Source: Clostridia bacterium (GTDB taxonomy: Bacteria; Bacillota; Clostridia; Monoglobales; Monoglobaceae). From it: a DNA stretch of 49,161 bases. Positions within the stretch are counted from its first letter, which is position 1, and each line of letters starts with the position of its first letter. The stretch spans positions 1-49,161 of the forward strand of contig JAFVTM010000053.1 of assembly GCA_017503225.1 (NCBI GenBank). The letters are read 5' to 3'. The translations under genes were made by a program, and so were the position numbers. This document shows, in pieces, positions 17,382-24,852 of this stretch. Below the pieces are notes generated by a model, which saw nothing but the letters and a program-made list of their open reading frames with translations, made no database searches and had not been told where the DNA came from.

Positions 17382-18266
17382 ATGCCTGATAAACTTATAA
17401 AAGCAGTTACAAAAAATGGGTTCATAAGAATTTATGCCATAAATTCCAAAGGTCTTGTTGAAAAGGCAAGAAAATTCCACAGCACTATGCCTGTGGGGAC
17501 TGCAGCTCTTGGAAGATTACTCACGGGTGCGGTGCTTATGGGTGCTATGCTCAAGGATGAGGGAACGTCACTTACTCTTCAGCTTCGTGGCGACGGTCCT
17601 CTTGGCAGAGTTATGGCTGTTTCAAACTCGAAAGGCCATGTGAAGGGATATATTGAAAACCCTCTTGTAGAGCTTCCGCTTAATCATTTAGGCAAGCTTG
17701 ATGTAGGTGGAGGAATTGGTCAAAACGGCTATTTGAGCATTGTAAAAGATATGAATATGAAAGAACCGTATATTGGGCAGGTTCCCATTCAGACCGGGGA
17801 AATAGGAGATGACCTTGCGTTTTATTTTGCCCAGTCCGAGCAGGTCCCGAGCCTTGTTGCTCTTGGAGTTTTGGTGGACAGAGATTACAGCGTGAAGCAG
17901 GCAGGGGGATTTATTGTTCAGATTATGCCTGACTGTGATGAGTTTAACCTGAAAAAGTTTGAAAAAACCGCTGAAAAAATCACAAGCGTCACGGGAATGC
18001 TTGAAAAAGGTCTTTCGGTTGAAGAAATTGTCCGTACTGTTATGGGGGATTTTGAGATTGATATTCTTGAGGAAACCGAAGCGGATTATCACTGTGATTG
18101 CTCAGATGAACGTATGCGCCGAGCTATTATCAGCCTTGGGAAAAAGGAAATTCAGGATATTATTGATGAGCAGGGCGAAGCAGAGATTGTATGTCAGTTC
18201 TGCAATAAAGGATATAATTATGATAGAACGGACCTTGTTGAAATGCTTGAAAAAGCAAAAAAATAA
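17382..18266 (+). CDS. hslO: Redox-regulated chaperone Hsp33
   Basis: C-terminal Zn switch CDCS...CQFC (YHCDCSDERM ... IVCQFCNKGYNYD). Hsp33-type N-domain. Confidence 0.9.
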   Translation: MPDKLIKAVTKNGFIRIYAINSKGLVEKARKFHSTMPVGTAALGRLLTGAVLMGAMLKDEGTSLTLQLRGDGPLGRVMAVSNSKGHVKGYIENPLVELPLNHLGKLDVGGGIGQNGYLSIVKDMNMKEPYIGQVPIQTGEIGDDLAFYFAQSEQVPSLVALGVLVDRDYSVKQAGGFIVQIMPDCDEFNLKKFEKTAEKITSVTGMLEKGLSVEEIVRTVMGDFEIDILEETEADYHCDCSDERMRRAIISLGKKEIQDIIDEQGEAEIVCQFCNKGYNYDRTDLVEMLEKAKK

Positions 18267-18271
18267 AAGTG

Positions 18272-18300
18272 AAAAGCCGAGGGAAACCTCGGCTTTTTTA
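18272..18300. terminator. Bidirectional terminator (hslO / spoVB convergent)
   Basis: AAAGCCGAGG / GAAA loop / CCTCGGCTTTTTT. Confidence 0.8.
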
Positions 18301-19824
18301 GTGGCCTAAAAACATCCGCCCCAGTAGCCATGAAATATCGCTGCGGAGATTTTTTGAGAAAAGGGTGCTTGAAAAAAGATAGAGTAGAATGGTGAAGATT
18401 ATTGCAAAAACAACTTCAAGTGGTGTTTGGGTGAGAAAAAATGGCAGGAAAATAGCGGAAATGCAGAAAGTGAAAAAGGTGGCTGCAAGGTGCTTTAAAA
18501 ACCATCCTGAAAGCTCGAAACGTGTTTTGGTTGATTTTATTACAGTCGAAAGGGTCAGACTCGCGGTTAAAAGATTGCTGAAAATTACGGTGAAAAACAG
18601 TGCCTTTTCGCCAAAATGTGGCACGAGTATGAAAATAGAGCTGAGGCGGAATATGTTGTCGGAAAGACTAAAAACAAGCAGTTTTGTTTGTTTTCCGAGT
18701 CCTCCTAAAATTCCACAGCATACGGAGTCAATAAACATAACGGGCGAAAGATAAGCGATGGTTTTTATGGAATGTGAAAGATGGGGAGCGGAGTAGACTA
18801 AAGAGGAAAGCTCACTTGAAAAAATCACAAGAACTGTGCAGGTCAAAAATCCGCCAAGCGCTGCAAAACGCATAATCCGTGAAATCAGGGTTTTTAGCCT
18901 TAAACGGCTTTTCATTCCGTCGGCACGGGAGATTTCAGGAACAAGCAAGGTCAGACAGGACGATAAAAGCGTTAGAGGGAAAACAACCAAGGGCATCACC
19001 ATTCCGTAGAGGCTTCCGTAGGATTTAAGCGCGGCAGTGTGGGAAAGCCCTGATTTCTTGAGAGCAGAAACAATGAGAACACTTTCGTTCATACGGAGAA
19101 AAGACCCCATCAGCGAGGCGGTCATTGCGGGCAGGGCGATTTTCATCAGTGGAGAAAAAACTGCGGTTTGTGACGCGACGATTTCGGGTTTGCGACGGAA
19201 TTTTGCATAAAACAGTGAGAGGTAAAGACAAGAGGAAAATTCACCCAGAGAAATTCCCAAAAACACGGCTTCACAGCCGTGGGGGATGCCCGAAGGAAGA
19301 AAGCGCTTTAAAAGAAAGGTTGTGGCTGTTATCTTTACAAATTGTTCAAGAAATTCGGAGGATGCGGGGATTAGAACCTTTCGGGAGGCATAAAAATAGC
19401 CCTTGATGCAGTATGAGATACTCATAAAGAGGATGCTGGGGGAAAGATAAATTATACTTCTTGCGGCTCGGGGTTCTTTTAGAAAGGAGGTTGCTATATT
19501 CTCTGAAAAAAGGCACACGGCAGAGATTGCGCCGAGGCTTAAAAGGAGTACGGAAAAAATGGCACAATTCATAGTTCTGTTTATGGCTGTATAGTCTTTT
19601 TTTGCATAGAGGCTTGACAGAGTTTTGGAAACGGCAACGCCTAAGCCCCCCGTGGCAAAAGTGAGAATAAGCCCATGAAATGAAAAAACCAGAGAAAGTA
19701 TGCCCATTCCCTCACTGCCCAGCTGTTTTGAATAGTAGGCGCGGAACAAAAAGTCCACAGTTTTTGCAATTATTCCGGAAAAGGTGAGGAAAGCGGCGCT
19801 TCTCAAAACATTTTGTTTGCTCAA
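18298..19824 (-). CDS. spoVB: MOP-superfamily flippase, SpoVB/MurJ-like (stage V sporulation protein B candidate)
   Basis: About 14 predicted TM segments. The N-terminus FLTFSGIIAKTVDFLFRAYYSKQLGSEGMGI resembles SpoVB/polysaccharide-biosynthesis proteins. It sits directly downstream of spoIID. TTG start with a GAGGTG RBS. Confidence 0.7.
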   Translation of the reverse strand: MSKQNVLRSAAFLTFSGIIAKTVDFLFRAYYSKQLGSEGMGILSLVFSFHGLILTFATGGLGVAVSKTLSSLYAKKDYTAINRTMNCAIFSVLLLSLGAISAVCLFSENIATSFLKEPRAARSIIYLSPSILFMSISYCIKGYFYASRKVLIPASSEFLEQFVKITATTFLLKRFLPSGIPHGCEAVFLGISLGEFSSCLYLSLFYAKFRRKPEIVASQTAVFSPLMKIALPAMTASLMGSFLRMNESVLIVSALKKSGLSHTAALKSYGSLYGMVMPLVVFPLTLLSSCLTLLVPEISRADGMKSRLRLKTLISRIMRFAALGGFLTCTVLVIFSSELSSLVYSAPHLSHSIKTIAYLSPVMFIDSVCCGILGGLGKQTKLLVFSLSDNIFRLSSIFILVPHFGEKALFFTVIFSNLLTASLTLSTVIKSTKTRFELSGWFLKHLAATFFTFCISAIFLPFFLTQTPLEVVFAIIFTILLYLFSSTLFSKNLRSDISWLLGRMFLGH

Positions 19825-19844
19825 AAAAACACCTCGTTTTTATG

Positions 19845-20813
19845 TTAAAGCTTTGAAAATTCAATATCGGTATAGTAGTGAGAAAGTATTTCTTTGTAGG
19901 TGTGTCCTTCTTTTGCCATATAGTTTGCTCCTGTCTGGCTCATACCCACTCCGTGACCATAGCCTTTTACGGTAAAGGTGATTGAGTCGCTGCTTTGGGT
20001 AATGGTGAAATTGGCGGATTTGAGTCCCAAAATGCTGCGCAGCTCGGTACCCTTAAAGGTTTTGTCTGAGATGTTTATACTCCTCACACTTCCACCCTCT
20101 GTTCTTTGGGGCTCGCTTATTGACGGTGATTTTGATGGGTCAAGGGGCTGGCTTAGGTGAGGGTTTAGCTTTTCTGCAAATTGGGAGCGGGTAAATGTGA
20201 CGGTTGAAACATTGTTTTCGGAAAGAGCTTCGCCGTAGCTTTCAACGGACCTGAGGTATGGGCGACTGCTGCTCCAGACATCCTCGGAATTCTCGGTCTT
20301 TCCACCGCTGGAGGCAAAGAAAAAGGCTTCCACTACCTCGGCGTTATAGGTCATATATTCGCCCTTGGTGGATTTTACGGCATTTGTGAGCTTTTTCCAG
20401 TATTTGTTTTTATCACCTTTTTTCCATTTTGATTTGGCATCTTCTTCCGAAAGCCAGCCCTTGCAATGATTTGGGTCTGTGCAGACCTGAGCGTCTGGGT
20501 GGTCAGGATTTCCTCCGCCCATCTTGCTGATTATATAGCTTCGGGCGGCAACGGATTGGGCTTTTAATGCTTCTTCTTCATATGATGCGGGCATTTCCGC
20601 CGCAAGAACTCCCACCAGATAGGTTTCCAGTGGGATTTTTTCTGTAGTTTTGGTTTTTATATTTAATGTGGTTATTGTATCAGAAATTTCCGCTTTGTTT
20701 GAAAAGGGAAATGAAATGCGGCTTCCAGTAGCACGGGGAAAGGTCAGTCCCACCATCATTGGTATAATAAGTGGCAAGAAAATATAAAAAACGGGCATAC
20801 ACAATTTTTTCAT
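19845..20813 (-). CDS. spoIID: Stage II sporulation protein D (SpoIID/LytB lytic transglycosylase)
   Basis: N-terminal TM segment, EEALKAQSVAARSY, FFASSGGKTENSEDVW, GYGHGVGMSQTGANYMAKEG. Confidence 0.9.
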   Translation of the reverse strand: MKKLCMPVFYIFLPLIIPMMVGLTFPRATGSRISFPFSNKAEISDTITTLNIKTKTTEKIPLETYLVGVLAAEMPASYEEEALKAQSVAARSYIISKMGGGNPDHPDAQVCTDPNHCKGWLSEEDAKSKWKKGDKNKYWKKLTNAVKSTKGEYMTYNAEVVEAFFFASSGGKTENSEDVWSSSRPYLRSVESYGEALSENNVSTVTFTRSQFAEKLNPHLSQPLDPSKSPSISEPQRTEGGSVRSINISDKTFKGTELRSILGLKSANFTITQSSDSITFTVKGYGHGVGMSQTGANYMAKEGHTYKEILSHYYTDIEFSKL

Positions 20814-20896
20814 AAGTTATCATCCTTTTTGGGGTTTATTATAAAGTATATTTTTGGGGTGGCTTTATTATGCGGTGGAAGTGGGATAAAAAAAGC

Positions 20897-20925
20897 TTGA
20901 CAATATGAAAAAAATGTAATATAAT
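20897..20925 (+). promoter_or_regulatory. Promoter of rpsF-ssb-rpsR
   Basis: TTGACA, 17-nt spacer, TATAAT. Both hexamers are perfect consensus. Confidence 0.75.
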
Positions 20926-20946
20926 CTATTGGTTAGTAAAATCCTT

Positions 20947-20967
20947 ACTTTCGGGGAGACCGAAAGT
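20947..20967 (+). promoter_or_regulatory. 5'-UTR hairpin, candidate S6:S18-binding rpsF leader
   Basis: ACTTTCGG / GGAGA loop / CCGAAAGT is an 8-bp stem between the promoter and the AAGGAGG RBS. An autoregulatory rpsF leader is described in Firmicutes. No covariance model was run. Confidence 0.35.
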
Positions 20968-20992
20968 CAAAGTCCACAAGGAGGTGAAAAGA

Positions 20993-21292
20993 ATGGTTGA
21001 AATTATTAACAAGTACGAGACATTGTTTGTTGTTGACGCATCAAAAGGCGAAGAAGAAACAGCTGCTCTCGTTGATAAGTTCAAATCATTGATTGAGGCT
21101 AACGGTACAATTGAAAGCGTTGACGAATGGGGACGCAGAAGATTGGCTTATCCTATCAATGACTTGGCTGAAGGTTACTATGTTTTGGTAAACTTCTCTG
21201 CTAAACCGGAATTTCCGGCTGAGCTCGAACGTGTGTTCGGTATTACTGACGGAATACTCAGAAACATTGTTATCAAAAAAGAAGAGAAATAA
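20993..21292 (+). CDS. rpsF: 30S ribosomal protein S6
   Basis: YETLFVVD...GTIESVDEWGRRRLAYPI...GYYVLVNF. ATG 20993 lies 8 nt after AAGGAGG. Confidence 0.95.
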   Translation: MVEIINKYETLFVVDASKGEEETAALVDKFKSLIEANGTIESVDEWGRRRLAYPINDLAEGYYVLVNFSAKPEFPAELERVFGITDGILRNIVIKKEEK

Positions 21293-21327
21293 TTGTGTAA
21301 AGATTTACACAGAAAGCGAGATTGCTT

Positions 21328-21753
21328 ATGATTAACAAAGCGATTTTGATGGGCAGACTTACCCGTGACCCTGAACTCAGACACACAGGATCAGGCACAC
21401 CTGTTTGCAGCTTTTCTATTGCTATTGACAATGGTTTTGGCGAGAACAGAAGCACAGATTTTATCAACTGTGTTGCCTGGAACAAGACTGCTGAATTTGT
21501 TGAAAAGTATTTCACAAAGGGCAGAATGATTATTGTTGTGGGAAGAATTTCTACCAGAACATGGGAAGGTCAGGACGGAAAGAAAAACTATGTCACAGAA
21601 GTTGTGGCAAACGAGGTTTCTTTCGGCGAATCCAAAAAGTCAGCAGATGATGGCTCGTATAGCGCACCTGCTAAAATGGAAATTCCTGAAATGCCAAGTG
21701 ATGCAGAGGACGATTTTGTCGCTCTGGAAACAAATGATGATTTGCCGTTTTAA
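21328..21753 (+). CDS. ssb: Single-stranded DNA-binding protein
   Basis: MINKAILMGRLTRDPELR, an OB fold, and the acidic tip DDLPF at the C-terminus. Confidence 0.95.
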   Translation: MINKAILMGRLTRDPELRHTGSGTPVCSFSIAIDNGFGENRSTDFINCVAWNKTAEFVEKYFTKGRMIIVVGRISTRTWEGQDGKKNYVTEVVANEVSFGESKKSADDGSYSAPAKMEIPEMPSDAEDDFVALETNDDLPF

Positions 21754-21793
21754 TGCGGCTTAGCTAATGATTGAAAGATAGGAGGAAAGACCA

Positions 21794-22042
21794 ATGCCTG
21801 AAAAGGAAAAGAACGATAAGATGAGAGCAAGACGTCCCAAGAGAAAAGCTTGTGCTTTCTGCGTTGATAAAGTAGAATTTATCGACTACAAAGACGTTGC
21901 AAAACTCAGACGCTATATCACAGAAAGAGCAAAGATTCTTCCCAGAAGAATCAGCGGATGCTGCGCAAAGCATCAGAGAGAGCTCACTGTTTCTATTAAA
22001 AGAGCAAGATATATGGCGCTTTTGCCCTATACTGCTGACTAA
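21794..22042 (+). CDS. rpsR: 30S ribosomal protein S18
   Basis: [60 protein letters not shown]. Confidence 0.95.
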   Translation: MPEKEKNDKMRARRPKRKACAFCVDKVEFIDYKDVAKLRRYITERAKILPRRISGCCAKHQRELTVSIKRARYMALLPYTAD

Positions 22043-22062
22043 GAAACAACGAATTTTCAAGG

Positions 22063-22092
22063 GTCCTGCCAAGGTTTGGCGGGACTTTTTTC
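22063..22092 (+). terminator. Intrinsic terminator after rpsR
   Basis: GTCCTGCC / 7-nt loop / GGCGGGAC (one G-U pair), then TTTTTTC. Confidence 0.8.
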
Positions 22093-22196
22093 TTTTGTAA
22101 TCAAATGTTAACAGCTTTGTAACAAATTTTGGTAATGTTGCGGGATAAATATTACGTTTTTTCTACATATTTCAAAAAAATAATTGTGATTTTCTA

Positions 22197-22225
22197 TTGA
22201 AAACTTACAAAAATCAATGTATAAT
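22197..22225 (+). promoter_or_regulatory. Promoter of the SLH-amidase gene
   Basis: TTGAAA, 17-nt spacer, TG-t-ATAAT context (TGTATAAT). Confidence 0.6.
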
Positions 22226-22261
22226 GTATATGGATAACTATCAGGTGAAAAGGAGTTTGTG

Positions 22262-23584
22262 ATGAAAAGGACACTTGTTTTGATGTTGACACTTATAATT
22301 GCTTTTTCGGGGATTACATCAGGTGTCTTTGCCACAGATTTTCCTGATGTTCCAAATAACCACCTTAATTTTGATGCTATTTCTTATCTTACGGAAATAG
22401 GTGTCATTGCAGGGTATGAGGATTTTACTTTCAGACCAGAGAGGGAAATCACACGAACAGAGTTTTGTGCTCTTATGGCAAGGACTTTGGGATATGACAA
22501 AGAAACATATGTTTTGGAGGATATTCCATTTTATGATGTGCCGGAGGAATATTGGGGCAGAGGGTATATTTCCTTTTGCTTTGAAAAAGGTCTTATCAAC
22601 GGCATGGAGGAGGGCGTTTTTGCCCCTGCCGACAAGGTTACCATTGCACAGGCTGTGAAAATGACAGTGTGTGCTGTTGGAAAAAATGAGGAGGCGCTTT
22701 TGACAAAGGGTGAAAAGTGGTACTCGGGCTATATGGCTGTTGCAGGAGAAAATGGTCTTTTGGATAAAATGTCACAAAAGGCAGATGAAAATGCTGCAAG
22801 GTCAAATGTGGCTCAGATTGTTTATAACATGTTGGTGTCGGAGGCTTTCAATGGGCAGGGAGAGGAAGAGCCAGATGAAAACACTGGGGATACTGAAAGA
22901 GAAGAGCTTTCTGACGAAGAACTTTCAGAAATAGAGAAGGTTTTTGCAAAAAAAGATTTTTCTGATGTAAAGGTTATATTGGTAGATGCCGGACATAATT
23001 ATCAAGGCAAGGATATTGGGGCTGAAAACCTTGATTATGGAGTGAGAGAAGAGGAAATAACCTGGCAGATTGCGGACAAGCTCAGAGATAATCTTGAGGC
23101 TATGGGATATACCGTGGTGATGACAAGAGAAAAAATGACCGACAGCATAGCAAATTCATCGGTTATTGACAGTCTTCAGGCAAGGGTTGATTTGGCGCAT
23201 ACTTCCTTTGCTGATTTGTTTATATCAATACATTGCAATATCGGCAACGGAATTGGTAAAGGGATTGAGAGCTATTGTTTCCAGCTTGGCGGATACTCTG
23301 CACGTCTTGCGGCTTTGGTTCAGGAAAAGGTTTCAGAAAGTACCGGACTTTATGACAGAGGTGTGAAGACAGCAAATTTCTTTGTGAACAAAAATACCCT
23401 TATGCCATCGGTTCTTATTGAGACTGGCTTTATGGACAATGAACACGATATGGAAATTTTAGCATCACGGGACGGTCAGGAAAGGATTGCCACAGCTATT
23501 GCCCGAGCTGTGCGTGAATATGACACGATGGAGCCCATTGAAAATGCGGCAATAAAGGAAGAAAATTATGATGAAGAAGCCTGA
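22262..23584 (+). CDS. SLH-domain N-acetylmuramoyl-L-alanine amidase (Amidase_3)
   Basis: Signal peptide, then SLH repeats (FPDVPNNHLNFDAISYLTEIGVIAGYEDFTFRPEREITRTEF...), an acidic linker, and the Amidase_3 motifs ILVDAGHN, EEEITWQIADKL, ADLFISIHCN, GIESY. Confidence 0.85.
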   Translation: MKRTLVLMLTLIIAFSGITSGVFATDFPDVPNNHLNFDAISYLTEIGVIAGYEDFTFRPEREITRTEFCALMARTLGYDKETYVLEDIPFYDVPEEYWGRGYISFCFEKGLINGMEEGVFAPADKVTIAQAVKMTVCAVGKNEEALLTKGEKWYSGYMAVAGENGLLDKMSQKADENAARSNVAQIVYNMLVSEAFNGQGEEEPDENTGDTEREELSDEELSEIEKVFAKKDFSDVKVILVDAGHNYQGKDIGAENLDYGVREEEITWQIADKLRDNLEAMGYTVVMTREKMTDSIANSSVIDSLQARVDLAHTSFADLFISIHCNIGNGIGKGIESYCFQLGGYSARLAALVQEKVSESTGLYDRGVKTANFFVNKNTLMPSVLIETGFMDNEHDMEILASRDGQERIATAIARAVREYDTMEPIENAAIKEENYDEEA

Positions 23585-24800
23585 ACTTCTTGCTCCGGCG
23601 GGGAGTCTTAATAAATTAAAAATTGCAATCACCTATGGAGCAGACGCGGTATATGTTGGCGGGGAGGAGTTTTCCCTGCGCGTTGCAGCTGAGAATTTTT
23701 CTCCCGAAGAACTTTGTGAGGGCGTGAAATTTGCTCATGAACGGGGGAAAAAGGTGTACCTTACGGCAAACATAATACCCCACAATTCGGATATAGCCCA
23801 GTATGAGGAATTCTTAAAAAAGTATATGGAAGCGGGATTTGATGCGGTCATCCTTTCAGATTTGGGAATGTTTCAGCTGACCCGTGAGATTGCGCCAAAC
23901 CTTGAAATTCATGTCAGCACCCAGGCAAATAATGTAAATTTCAAAAGTGCCGAAAGCTGGTACAAAATGGGGGCGAAACGTGTTATACTGGCCCGTGAGA
24001 TGTCTTTTGATGAGATTGCTGAAATTCGCGAAAAGACCCCTGAGGGACTTGAACTTGAGGCATTTGTTCACGGAGCGATGTGCATTTCCTATTCAGGAAG
24101 ATGTCTTCTCAGCAACTATATGACAAACCGTGACAGCAACCTTGGGGCGTGCTCCCATCCGTGCAGGTGGAAATATCACCTGGTGGAGGAAACAAGACCA
24201 GGAGAATATATGCCGGTTTTTGAAAACGAAAGAGGAACTTTCATATACAATTCAAAGGACTTGTGTATGATTGAGCATATAGATAAGCTTATTGAGTCAG
24301 GACTTGACAGCTTTAAAATTGAGGGCAGGGTGAAGACCGAATATTATCTTGCTACAGTCGTGAAAGCATACCGTGATGCCATTGATAAATATTTTGAAGA
24401 CCCTGACGGCTTTGAATTTGACCTCAAGTGGCTTGAAGAAATCAAAAAGGTCAGCCACAGGGACTATACTACAGGATTCTTTTTCGGGAAGCCTGATGGA
24501 AATGAGCAAAATTATGAGACCAGCTCCTATATAAGAAATTATGAGCTTTTGGGTATAGTGGACGGCTATGACGAGGAAACAAAGCTTTTGTCTGTTGTCC
24601 AGAAAAACAGATTTTTCAAGGGCTCGGAGGTTGAATTTTTAAGACCCGATGGAGATTTTGTGAAACACAAAATCGAATATATGGAGGATGAAAACGGTGA
24701 AGAACTTGAGGTTGCAAACAGGCCTCAATCCGTCGCTAAAATCCGAATAGATACCTCTCTTGTACCAAACTCAATGATGCGCGGTGTAAGGGAAAACTAA
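23568..24800 (+). CDS. Peptidase U32 family protein
   Basis: KPELLAPAGS...GADAVYVGG, and the family signature EAFVHGAMCISYSGRCLLS. Confidence 0.88.
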   Translation: MMKKPELLAPAGSLNKLKIAITYGADAVYVGGEEFSLRVAAENFSPEELCEGVKFAHERGKKVYLTANIIPHNSDIAQYEEFLKKYMEAGFDAVILSDLGMFQLTREIAPNLEIHVSTQANNVNFKSAESWYKMGAKRVILAREMSFDEIAEIREKTPEGLELEAFVHGAMCISYSGRCLLSNYMTNRDSNLGACSHPCRWKYHLVEETRPGEYMPVFENERGTFIYNSKDLCMIEHIDKLIESGLDSFKIEGRVKTEYYLATVVKAYRDAIDKYFEDPDGFEFDLKWLEEIKKVSHRDYTTGFFFGKPDGNEQNYETSSYIRNYELLGIVDGYDEETKLLSVVQKNRFFKGSEVEFLRPDGDFVKHKIEYMEDENGEELEVANRPQSVAKIRIDTSLVPNSMMRGVREN

Positions 24801-24852
24801 ATTTTGCAAAATGATTAAATTTATATATTCCACTAAAATGGAGGTAAGGAAA

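Noticed and set aside
20814-20896. Sigma-E type promoter for spoIID, and a sigma-G type promoter for spoVT at 5543-5626
   Set aside because: They are expected biologically, but I could not find convincing matches to the -35 and -10 consensus by eye. I did not annotate them.
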